The notes below the pieces were generated by a model that was given only the letters and a program-made list of their open reading frames with translations, had not been told where the DNA came from and did not search any database. From assembly GCA_011364925.1 (NCBI GenBank), contig RDOA01000003.1, forward strand, positions 1 through 64,000: a stretch of 64,000 nt of DNA. Direction: 5' to 3'. Positions 18,049-26,911 of the stretch are shown piece by piece; within the stretch, counting starts at the first letter, position 1; each line of letters begins with the position of its first letter. The stretch is from Promethearchaeota archaeon. Lineage in GTDB: Archaea; Asgardarchaeota; Lokiarchaeia; Sigyniarchaeales; SOKP01. The translations under genes were made by a program, and so were the position numbers.

Positions 18049-19338
18049 ATGTTGAGTAAAAAAATGGCAACACATAATGTAGAAAAATTTGATTCGGTAG
18101 GTATCGATCCTAACCAGAATCCTTTAGAATGTTGTGATGTTTGCAATTCTCAGGATATTGTTGAAACCCAGGAGGGTTATGTTTGCGCTAACTGTGGAAT
18201 AGTTTTGGAAATTCAAAAGTTAGAATACTATCGACCTTACGATAGGGATATCGTTCAATGCGCGGTTTTAAATAAAACACAAATGGGATATAGAAGTGAA
18301 AGATTAAATTCTAAAAATTCCCATCGATTAGAGGAATTGAGCAAGTTAGATTCCTTACGATCAAGTGAAGAAAGCGTAACCGTTCTAGCTCGCGTCGAGA
18401 TAAAACGCATTTTAACGGCGCTAGGTTTCCCTTTAACCGATGTTGACCCTCTTATGGAGAAGTTCAAATACAATCGGACTCAATTAGGGAAAGGAACTAA
18501 ATATCGCAGTCCTCAAATGTTGGTCCCATGTATCGTTTACGCGTATTATAAAGAAAACAATAAACCAATTCGAGAAAAAGACTTGTTAGAATTGACGAAT
18601 ATCTCTAAAAAAGACTTTAACGCCTTCAAGTTTTCGATTTTGCGTATCTGGCCAGAATATCAAGAACGTAACAGAAAGGAATACATCACTCAAAGAATCC
18701 TAGAAGTCACAGAGCATTTTGATCTTAATATGTCTTTTTTCTATCAATCAAAAAGGATTCTTAATAAGTTTTACGATAACATAAAAGGAACAAAAGATGA
18801 TGTAATAATTGGACTTGTTACTTCAATAACTCTCCTCTGCTCACAGCAAAAAGGAGTAAGTATTTCCGCCTTGTGTAATAGATTAGACATAAAGATGTCC
18901 ACAATTCACAGACAGGTAGAAAAACGGGTAATGCAAAGGTTTAAAATATCTGGATTTAAAAGTTTAGTAAAATCAGCTGACCTTTTAAAAAAGGTTATGA
19001 CTAAATTAGGAGTGCTCGATGCTTCACTTAATGACAATGAAGATAACTCTAAAGATATGGCGGATCACGACGATTTAATTCAAGTAACCTTAGGAAATGC
19101 GAAACCCATCTTTAATAACTTGAATACCAATGATAATTATTGTTTATTTACAAAAGGCTATAATGAAATTTTAGGAATGTCTATTATTGATAATAATAGT
19201 AATACTAACCTTAATCATATTCTTCAAACTAATGAACTTAAAAGTTCTAACAAAATTAAGAAAGTTGATAACAAGGATAAAGTAATGTTAGAATTGTGGA
19301 GATTTTCACCTCCTAAGGGCCCTCCGATAAGTTGTTAG
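18049..19338 (+). CDS. divergent TFIIB/TFB paralog (Zn ribbon plus two cyclin folds, with a C-terminal extension)
   Basis: CDVCNSQDIVETQEGYVCANCGIVLE; cyclin-like repeats (PCIVYAYYK...LLELTNIS; VSISALCNRLDIKMSTI). The start could be 18031, 18049 or 18064. Confidence 0.8.
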   Translation: MLSKKMATHNVEKFDSVGIDPNQNPLECCDVCNSQDIVETQEGYVCANCGIVLEIQKLEYYRPYDRDIVQCAVLNKTQMGYRSERLNSKNSHRLEELSKLDSLRSSEESVTVLARVEIKRILTALGFPLTDVDPLMEKFKYNRTQLGKGTKYRSPQMLVPCIVYAYYKENNKPIREKDLLELTNISKKDFNAFKFSILRIWPEYQERNRKEYITQRILEVTEHFDLNMSFFYQSKRILNKFYDNIKGTKDDVIIGLVTSITLLCSQQKGVSISALCNRLDIKMSTIHRQVEKRVMQRFKISGFKSLVKSADLLKKVMTKLGVLDASLNDNEDNSKDMADHDDLIQVTLGNAKPIFNNLNTNDNYCLFTKGYNEILGMSIIDNNSNTNLNHILQTNELKSSNKIKKVDNKDKVMLELWRFSPPKGPPISC

Positions 19339-19409
19339 TCTTATATTCCTACTTTTTTTTCTTTTCTCTTTCTGGTATTATCTTTTTGTTGTAATTATCC
19401 CATCATGAT

Positions 19410-19422
19410 TTTTCCTTTAAAA
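19410..19422 (+). promoter_or_regulatory. TTTTCC+TATA promoter motif
   Basis: TTTTCCTTTAAAA; TATA starts 49 nt before ATG 19465. Confidence 0.5.
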
Positions 19423-19464
19423 ATTCCTGATTAATCCATATTTAAGACTTTAACAACACACTTT

Positions 19465-22410
19465 ATGAGAAGTATTATGAAAATAAAAAAAACAGTAGGA
19501 TTGATTGTAGTAATTTCTGTCGTATTTTTATCTTGTCTTGTAGTAGTTAATACTAGCAGTAATAATTCAATTGCTGAAGGTAACATTGAGAAGACTAAAA
19601 GTTTTGATTTTCCTCAAACTTCAGACGCGTCGAACTTGGATATTATCCAAGCTATATTTGATTCAAAGAATAGCGAATATTCTTCGAAAGGGTATTATCC
19701 TGAGATTTATTCAAGCTCAATTCAAGCGACATACTATGCGCTCTCAATTCTGGAGGCAATAGGGAAGATTAGCGAAATTGATCAACAAGAAGTAGTTAAT
19801 TATATCATGACTTTTTACAACTCGAGTTCCTTTCAATTTATGGACGAGAACGCGTTGAGGTATTTAGCGTCTGAAATTCCTCGTTTGTATCTTCCGTTAT
19901 CTACGTTGTTAGAAGTGAATAGTTACGCAATATTTTCGCTTAGTATGTTAAACAGCTTGGATCAAATTGATACATCAAAAATGATTGATTTCATTTGGGA
20001 CTGCTTCAATCCCGATATTCACGGTTTTATAGGGAGACCGTACGATTCTTCGTTAGACGATGGATTTAAAATTGCGACTGCAGACAACACATATTACGCG
20101 GTGTTGACGCTAAATTTACTTGGTATCGACTGGAATCAGTTTTCTCAAGAAAGAAGCGGTATAGTTTCGTTCGTCGAGAACCTACAATCCTTAAGTTCTG
20201 ATACGGGATTCTTTAACGACTACGATTTTTTGTTTGATTCTCTCATGGAACGGGAACCGACTCAGTTCGCTTCTTACTATTGTATTAAAACATTGGAAGC
20301 GCTTGGACCGGCATACGTTAATGTAATTGACATATCTAAGTTTCACGAGCATCTAACGGCTTTATATAATCCGAACGACTACTATTTTGTTTTATCATCG
20401 TCTATAGGGTATGGAAACTACTCGAATATTGTGGCGACTACTATTAACTTAGAACTTTCTGATATAACTGGGTTTACGAGTTTTGATAGAACCAAGGTGG
20501 TAAATTTCATTTTAGAAAATAGAGATTATCTAGGAGGCTGGGAAGCGTCTACAACGGTAAAGTATCACGAGTTGATAGATACTTTCCAAATCGTAAGGTC
20601 TCTTTCTCACACAGGTGTTATCTCAAGTTTAACTTACAGTGAAAAATCAGAGATTGCATCATTTGTTAAATATTTTTGTCAAGAAAGGGGTTATTCCTTG
20701 CTTTCAGAGGATTATACCTCTGTAGATTTGATTCATTCGATTGTATCATCCTACGAATATTTTGACCGTCTTGGCGAGTTAGACTTTCAAGAATTGTACG
20801 ATCTATTAGAGACGACAGTGCGAGTACCCGCAGGAAGATACTGGCTTTTTGCCTGCACGAACCTCGATTCATCAATAATAGATTTCCGAACTAAACCAAT
20901 CGACTATTATTCTATAGGTTATGATAAGTATTTAGACAAAATAAACTCAATAAGGTCCAACGAAAATATTTTCAAATTACTTGACTCTCTCCAAAAAATG
21001 TTTAAGCTAAACGATTTTGCAGCGAGTTATAATTTAAATAAAATTTTACAAGTGATAATCGATTCTCAATTTCTCGATCCTCTGTACACTCAAAATTTTG
21101 GCGCGTTTATGGTCAATAATGTTAATATGTCTTCTAAATACAAGAATGATTTAATATATTTGAAATATTCATATTACGCGGTTAAAGCAATGGAAGTTAT
21201 CGCAGATTATTTATCTTTAGGTAATATTACCGGGCAATACTTTTCTAACTTAGGCTTTGACAGGTTAGCTCTAACTACATATATCACCAGAAACATGATA
21301 GAAACGCCGACAGAACTCTACTTCGATGTTCCTTATTCTGATTCTTCCGCTTTAACTTTAGAACATCTTTATCAGTCCATTTACATTTTAAAAGCACTTA
21401 ATCAATTCAACCTAAATGTAAATAAAATTAGGACTTTTGTATACAACCACTTAAACGATTCAAACATAAAAAACGTGTATTACTGCTACAAAATATCAGA
21501 AGTCCTAGATTTACAGATTTCTTTCGACATCCAACAAACACATTCTTTAATTCAATCGATATACTCTGAAGAGTATCACGAGTTCTATTTAACCACAGAT
21601 CGAATTGAACTAGAGCAGAAAGCGTTCTTATGGGTGTGCGAAATGGCAAAAAACGACAAGGTAAGGATCAACGCCAGTTATTCTGATTCTGTTATGCTGG
21701 GGGGGAGTAATAATTTTGTAGTTTCGCTGGTTAACCTCATTCTTTCTGATTTTGGTCAATACACTACGGTTAAACTCGAGAGTGTACAACTTGGCACTTT
21801 CGTATTCGATCAAGGAATTAACAATACTCACCAAAAGGAGATTCATATTCCTGTAGATCCAAACAATTACCCAACAATTCTCGGAGAATTAACTGTTTAC
21901 GACGGGAGTCTTAAGATCGCGCAATTACCCATATCGTTCACCACCCACTTTGACTCAATATATGGAGTTTCAATTTCGAAAACACCCTCGCGAATTGAGA
22001 TTGTGGTAAACGCATCTCATCGATTCGCCTCAGGGGAACAACCTATTTTTGACGGCGAGATGCTTGCTCATGTTTACAGAGGGGGCGATTATATCGACAC
22101 AGTGTTTTTGGCTTCGGAAAACGGACTCCAGAGTACTGAATTTACTTTAATCTATCGCCCTTCTTACAGTGGAGTCTACGATTTAGACCTCTACCTAAAC
22201 GATGCTTATCACACCAGCCCACAATTCGTAGTAGACGCAACCTATACCTACACAGGAGCTGGCCCCATACCAGGAGAACAGCCAATTAACGGTTTCGAAA
22301 ACGACGCGCTTATAACTTTGCCCTTGATTATTATGTTAATCGGAGCACCGGTAGGAGTAGTATTTACCACCTCAAAATCAAAAAATCTCAAAAAATCCAA
22401 AACCAAGTGA
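19465..22410 (+). CDS. large membrane-anchored extracellular protein with prenyltransferase/squalene-oxidase-type (alpha/alpha barrel) repeats
   Basis: Signal anchor; repeated TYYALSIL / TYYAVLTL / SYYCIKTL / SYYAVKAM helices with GGW/GF loops; C-terminal TM and Lys tail. Confidence 0.75.
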   Translation: MRSIMKIKKTVGLIVVISVVFLSCLVVVNTSSNNSIAEGNIEKTKSFDFPQTSDASNLDIIQAIFDSKNSEYSSKGYYPEIYSSSIQATYYALSILEAIGKISEIDQQEVVNYIMTFYNSSSFQFMDENALRYLASEIPRLYLPLSTLLEVNSYAIFSLSMLNSLDQIDTSKMIDFIWDCFNPDIHGFIGRPYDSSLDDGFKIATADNTYYAVLTLNLLGIDWNQFSQERSGIVSFVENLQSLSSDTGFFNDYDFLFDSLMEREPTQFASYYCIKTLEALGPAYVNVIDISKFHEHLTALYNPNDYYFVLSSSIGYGNYSNIVATTINLELSDITGFTSFDRTKVVNFILENRDYLGGWEASTTVKYHELIDTFQIVRSLSHTGVISSLTYSEKSEIASFVKYFCQERGYSLLSEDYTSVDLIHSIVSSYEYFDRLGELDFQELYDLLETTVRVPAGRYWLFACTNLDSSIIDFRTKPIDYYSIGYDKYLDKINSIRSNENIFKLLDSLQKMFKLNDFAASYNLNKILQVIIDSQFLDPLYTQNFGAFMVNNVNMSSKYKNDLIYLKYSYYAVKAMEVIADYLSLGNITGQYFSNLGFDRLALTTYITRNMIETPTELYFDVPYSDSSALTLEHLYQSIYILKALNQFNLNVNKIRTFVYNHLNDSNIKNVYYCYKISEVLDLQISFDIQQTHSLIQSIYSEEYHEFYLTTDRIELEQKAFLWVCEMAKNDKVRINASYSDSVMLGGSNNFVVSLVNLILSDFGQYTTVKLESVQLGTFVFDQGINNTHQKEIHIPVDPNNYPTILGELTVYDGSLKIAQLPISFTTHFDSIYGVSISKTPSRIEIVVNASHRFASGEQPIFDGEMLAHVYRGGDYIDTVFLASENGLQSTEFTLIYRPSYSGVYDLDLYLNDAYHTSPQFVVDATYTYTGAGPIPGEQPINGFENDALITLPLIIMLIGAPVGVVFTTSKSKNLKKSKTK

Positions 22411-22559
22411 ATAATCAGAGCAAAATAATTCATATTTTTTTAATTTTGATTTTTTCTATTATTTCTTTTTATTCATTATTCACATTTATAACCAATGATA
22501 TCTATTTAATCGTACTACACTATTTATTTGACAAAAATATAAAAGGAAGTGTAAAAAAG

Positions 22560-24323
22560 TTGAGTAATAGAAAGCATGTAATAAATTTCGTAATGACTTT
22601 CGTGATTGGGATCGCGTTTTTATTTCTTGGATTAACCATAACATTTTTTTATACGAGGTTAATGCCAGGCGATCCAACCGCTGCTTACTTACCCATTAAC
22701 GCTACTATTGAACAAAGAGAAGCTGTTATACGTTACTTAGGTTTGGATCAACCTTTGATAATACAATATTTCAGATTCATTGGAAATTTTTTAACTGGAA
22801 ACTGGGGGTTATCTTCTAGTATTTCAAAGGGGCAAGCTGTTGTAGCTTTAATAGGAGACCGATTTCCACGCACAAGTGAAATTCTAATTTTACCCTTGTT
22901 AATCGCTGCTATCATAGGATATTTATTTGGGAGAGTTTCAAATCGAACCAAACGCAATTGGCTAAAAATGGGGATACAAGTATTAAGCGCTGTTTGCATA
23001 GCAGTTCCAATTTTTGGATTTGGTATGTTTTTACAATACACGCTCGCTTATCAAGTTGATCTGTTTCCAGCAACAGGATATAAGAGCCCTGGTTATCCAG
23101 ATCCACCTTTCATTACGGGATTTCGGTTATTAGATTCATTAATGTCTGGACAATTATATTTAGCATTTGACACAATACTACACTATACCTTACCATGGAT
23201 TATATTAACTATGTTATTTACTGCGTTAATCACGAGAGTCCTTAGTTCAAAAATGGCAGAAGATATCTATAAAAAAAAGACTATCCTTTCAAATGCTGCC
23301 AAAACTAGTGCGATCTTTGGAGTTCTGATTATATCACTATTTCTAATCGACCTAACATTTAATTTAAGAGGCATAACTAATCTCCTTTTAACTGCAATTA
23401 GTCACTACGATTACTACGCGATCCAGGGACTTATCTTTGTTGTAATAATTCTATTTGTACTCACAATAATCGTCTCGAATTTGATTTTTAGCATTATAAC
23501 ATTAGTTAAAGATAAAAAAGGTAGATTTGTCGAAGTAGAAAAGATTGCGGAAAGAGAAGCTGAACCCACTATGGTGATAGATTTAAAGAATTATTCCAAA
23601 AAACTAGTACGATCCCCACTGACGATCATTGGAGTGGTAGCCGTCCTGATTCCTATTATTTTATCGTTGTTTGCGGAGCTAATTTCGGGATATACCTATA
23701 CCGAAGCTAGTGGCATATATCCAGGGGCATGGAATCCTCCATCTCCAGATCATCTCCTCGGAACAGGAGATTTTGGAAGGGATGTATTAGCGCGTTCGTT
23801 ATATGGTACTGGTGGCGCGTTATTATTTGGTATTGGAGCTGTTTTTGTAGGTCTGGTCGGAGGTTTGCACTTAGGGGGGTTAGCCCAATTGCATCGCGTT
23901 GTTCGCGTTATAATTATGAGTTTTACTTTAGTATTTTACATACTGCCAGGAATACTCATTATATTGCTTTTAGTCGGAATCATGGGACCCTCACCTGGAT
24001 TGCTAATGATTACAACTGGTTTACTTCTTATTCCAAGCTTTACGCGAATAGTGGCGAACGCAGAGTTCCGAGTTATTCCTATTGGAAAAAAGATCCTAGC
24101 GTATATCCCGTTATTCATGGGATTTTCGATATTATTTTATGCATCGTTAGGATTTTTAGGGTTTACCAATCCTTTTACAATTCAGCTAGGAATGGATATT
24201 AGTGAAGCACGAGCTTTCATGTACGTTGCGCCATGGGCTATCATTTGGCCAGGATTGGCGATATTCTTGATAGTGGTGAGCCTTTTTATATTACACGAAG
24301 GATTAGCGAAGCACTCCAGATAA
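22560..24323 (+). CDS. fused DppB-DppC-type ABC permease, copy 1
   Basis: MPGDP...GLDQPLIIQY...GNWGLS and PPSPDHLLGTGDFGRDV. TTG 22560 gives 587 aa, the same length as copy 2. Confidence 0.85.
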   Translation: MSNRKHVINFVMTFVIGIAFLFLGLTITFFYTRLMPGDPTAAYLPINATIEQREAVIRYLGLDQPLIIQYFRFIGNFLTGNWGLSSSISKGQAVVALIGDRFPRTSEILILPLLIAAIIGYLFGRVSNRTKRNWLKMGIQVLSAVCIAVPIFGFGMFLQYTLAYQVDLFPATGYKSPGYPDPPFITGFRLLDSLMSGQLYLAFDTILHYTLPWIILTMLFTALITRVLSSKMAEDIYKKKTILSNAAKTSAIFGVLIISLFLIDLTFNLRGITNLLLTAISHYDYYAIQGLIFVVIILFVLTIIVSNLIFSIITLVKDKKGRFVEVEKIAEREAEPTMVIDLKNYSKKLVRSPLTIIGVVAVLIPIILSLFAELISGYTYTEASGIYPGAWNPPSPDHLLGTGDFGRDVLARSLYGTGGALLFGIGAVFVGLVGGLHLGGLAQLHRVVRVIIMSFTLVFYILPGILIILLLVGIMGPSPGLLMITTGLLLIPSFTRIVANAEFRVIPIGKKILAYIPLFMGFSILFYASLGFLGFTNPFTIQLGMDISEARAFMYVAPWAIIWPGLAIFLIVVSLFILHEGLAKHSR

Positions 24324-24511
24324 AAAATAAAAACTTTTTTCTTCTAATATTTTTCGCATATTGCTAAGTCCATTTCTCAGGATAGATCAAAATTATCTAT
24401 AGATAACCAACCAAATCGTACTTAGCATCCTTTAACTTTATAACGAATGATATCTAAATAATCGTACTACATTATCTATTTGACAAAAATATAAAACAAA
24501 GTGTTTAAAAG

Positions 24512-26275
24512 TTGAGTAATAGAAAGCATGTAATAAATTTCGTAATGACTTTCGTGATTGGGGTTGCATTTTTATTTCTAGGATTAACGCTAGCATTCAT
24601 TTTTACGAGGTTGCTACCGGGTGATCCAGTCCTCGCTTACTTACCACCTAGTTATACTCCAGCACAATACGAAGCTATGAGACAATATTTAGGTTTTGAT
24701 AAACCTATCTTTATTCAATATTTAAGATATATTGGAGATATGTTTACTGGAAACTGGGGACTATCTTCTAGTATCTCAAAAGGTCAACCCGTCGGGGATT
24801 TAATAGGACCACGATTTTCACGTACAATTGAAATTCTAGCTTTACCTTTAATAATCGCAGCTAATATAGGATATTTATTTGGGAGAGTTTCAAAGCGAAC
24901 GGAACGCAATTGGTTAAAAATGGGGATACAATTATTAAGCGCTGTATGCATAGCAGTTCCAATTTTTGGATTTGGTATGTTTTTACAGTACACTCTCTCT
25001 TATCAAGTTGATCTGTTTCCAGCAATAGGATTTAAGACTCCTGGTTTTCCAGATCCAACTTTTGTTACTGGATTTCGGATATTAGACTCATTAATCACAG
25101 GAAGATTAGATTTAGCGTTGGATACTATGCTACATTATGCATTACCCATGATCATATTAACGGTGCTATTTTCTGCGTTAATAACGAGAGTAGTTAGTTC
25201 AAAAATGACAGAAGATGCCTACAAAAAAAAGACTATCCTTTCAAATAGTGCCAAAACTAGTAGGATCTTTGGAATTCTGATTATATCTTTAATTCTAATC
25301 GATGTGACGTTTAATTTAAATAGTATAGGTTATCTATTTATAAGAGCAATTAACCAATACGATATCTTCGTGACTCGGGGACTTACATTTATTGTAATAA
25401 TTCTATTTGTAATCGCAATAATCGTCTCGAATTTGACCTTTAGCATCGTAACATTAGTTAAAGACAAAAAAGGTAAATTCGTTGAAGTAGAAGAGTTTAC
25501 GGAAAGAGAACCTAACACCACTATAGTTATAGATTTGAAGAATTATTCCAAAAAACTAGTACGATCCCCCCTTACAATCATTGGAGTTGTAGTTGTCCTG
25601 ATACCTATTATCTTATCAATTTTTGCGGAGTTAATTTCGGGATATTCTTATACCGAAGCTATTGGGATATATATGGGGTCATGGGCCCCTCCATCTCCAG
25701 ATCACCTCCTCGGAACAGGAGATTTTGGAAGAGACGTACTAGCGCGCTCGTTGTATGGAGCAGGTGACGCTTTACTCTTCGGTATCGTAGCTGTTTTTAT
25801 AGGTTTGGTCGGAGGATTAACATTAGGTTTGTTAACCCGATTGCATCGCGTTGTTCGCGTTATAATAATGAGTTTTACTTTGGTATTTTATGTATTACCA
25901 GGAATACTCATTGTGTTGTTTTTAATCGGAGTTATAGGCCCTCTGCTTGAATTAATATTGATTACCACTGGTTTACTTCTTATTCCAAGCTTTACGCGAA
26001 TAGTTGCGAACACAGAATTTCGAATCGTTCCTATTGGGAAAAAAATCCTTGCGTATATCCCGTTATTCATGGGATTTTCGATATTATTTTATGAATCGTT
26101 GGGATTTTTGGGCTTTACCAGTCCTCTTACAATACAGCTAGGTGCGGACATTAGTGATGCGAGATTACATTTGTACGATGCACCTTGGGCAAGCTTTTGG
26201 CCTGGATTTATGATATTCTTTATCACAGTAAGCCTTTTTATATTACACGAAGGATTAGCGAAGCATTCCAGATAA
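24512..26275 (+). CDS. fused DppB-DppC-type ABC permease, copy 2
   Basis: Tandem paralog; the upstream promoter region is also duplicated. Confidence 0.85.
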   Translation: MSNRKHVINFVMTFVIGVAFLFLGLTLAFIFTRLLPGDPVLAYLPPSYTPAQYEAMRQYLGFDKPIFIQYLRYIGDMFTGNWGLSSSISKGQPVGDLIGPRFSRTIEILALPLIIAANIGYLFGRVSKRTERNWLKMGIQLLSAVCIAVPIFGFGMFLQYTLSYQVDLFPAIGFKTPGFPDPTFVTGFRILDSLITGRLDLALDTMLHYALPMIILTVLFSALITRVVSSKMTEDAYKKKTILSNSAKTSRIFGILIISLILIDVTFNLNSIGYLFIRAINQYDIFVTRGLTFIVIILFVIAIIVSNLTFSIVTLVKDKKGKFVEVEEFTEREPNTTIVIDLKNYSKKLVRSPLTIIGVVVVLIPIILSIFAELISGYSYTEAIGIYMGSWAPPSPDHLLGTGDFGRDVLARSLYGAGDALLFGIVAVFIGLVGGLTLGLLTRLHRVVRVIIMSFTLVFYVLPGILIVLFLIGVIGPLLELILITTGLLLIPSFTRIVANTEFRIVPIGKKILAYIPLFMGFSILFYESLGFLGFTSPLTIQLGADISDARLHLYDAPWASFWPGFMIFFITVSLFILHEGLAKHSR

Positions 26276-26322
26276 TTAATAAAAATTTTTTCTTTTTATT
26301 TTTATAATAAATTAATTAAGTA

Positions 26323-26898
26323 ATGGTTTATCCCGCTAAATTTAAGCAGTTATATCAATTAATATCTGCTTTAGATAAGTTTCAAACAAGGGAAAAGAAC
26401 ACGATTAGACTTAGTAAATTAGCCACATTTCTCCAAATATCCGAAGAAGATCTAAATGAGATTCTTGAACTCGTGTTTCGATTTCAGCACTTATTTAATT
26501 CTGTATTTAAAGAATACTATCTTTTTAAAAAGTGGAAAAACAACAAAACTTGTCTGGTCTTAAAATTGAAATCGGAAGTAAAAAACCTTAATAATACCGA
26601 ACCCAAAGAGATTGAAATCAATCAAGATCAAGTCAAGGTGTTAAATGACATCGTGTATTATTTTCAGCATATTAGCATTGGAAAAGGGTTCGATATCAAG
26701 CAACCTACAACCGAATTCTCTAAAAAAGTAAAAGAACTTAAAAGAGCTCACCCGCAATTCTTTGAGTATAGAGGAAACGGATTGGTTTATCCTTCTAAAC
26801 TCGCGATTGAAGCGGGAAAACTAATATCGTTTCACAATAAGAGTAAAAAACTGATTACTAAATTGGAAGTAGAAAAATATCTCATTCAACTTGTATGA
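26323..26898 (+). CDS. putative winged-helix protein, first gene of the hef operon
   Basis: HTH-like IRLSKLATFLQISEEDL; ends 13 nt before the hef ATG. Confidence 0.6.
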   Translation: MVYPAKFKQLYQLISALDKFQTREKNTIRLSKLATFLQISEEDLNEILELVFRFQHLFNSVFKEYYLFKKWKNNKTCLVLKLKSEVKNLNNTEPKEIEINQDQVKVLNDIVYYFQHISIGKGFDIKQPTTEFSKKVKELKRAHPQFFEYRGNGLVYPSKLAIEAGKLISFHNKSKKLITKLEVEKYLIQLV

Positions 26899-26911
26899 TG
26901 GAGTTAAAGCG

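Noticed and set aside
22407-22559. N-terminal extension of permease copy 1 in the ORF track
   Set aside because: The corresponding DNA before copy 2 is non-coding promoter, and TTG 22560 gives identical lengths.
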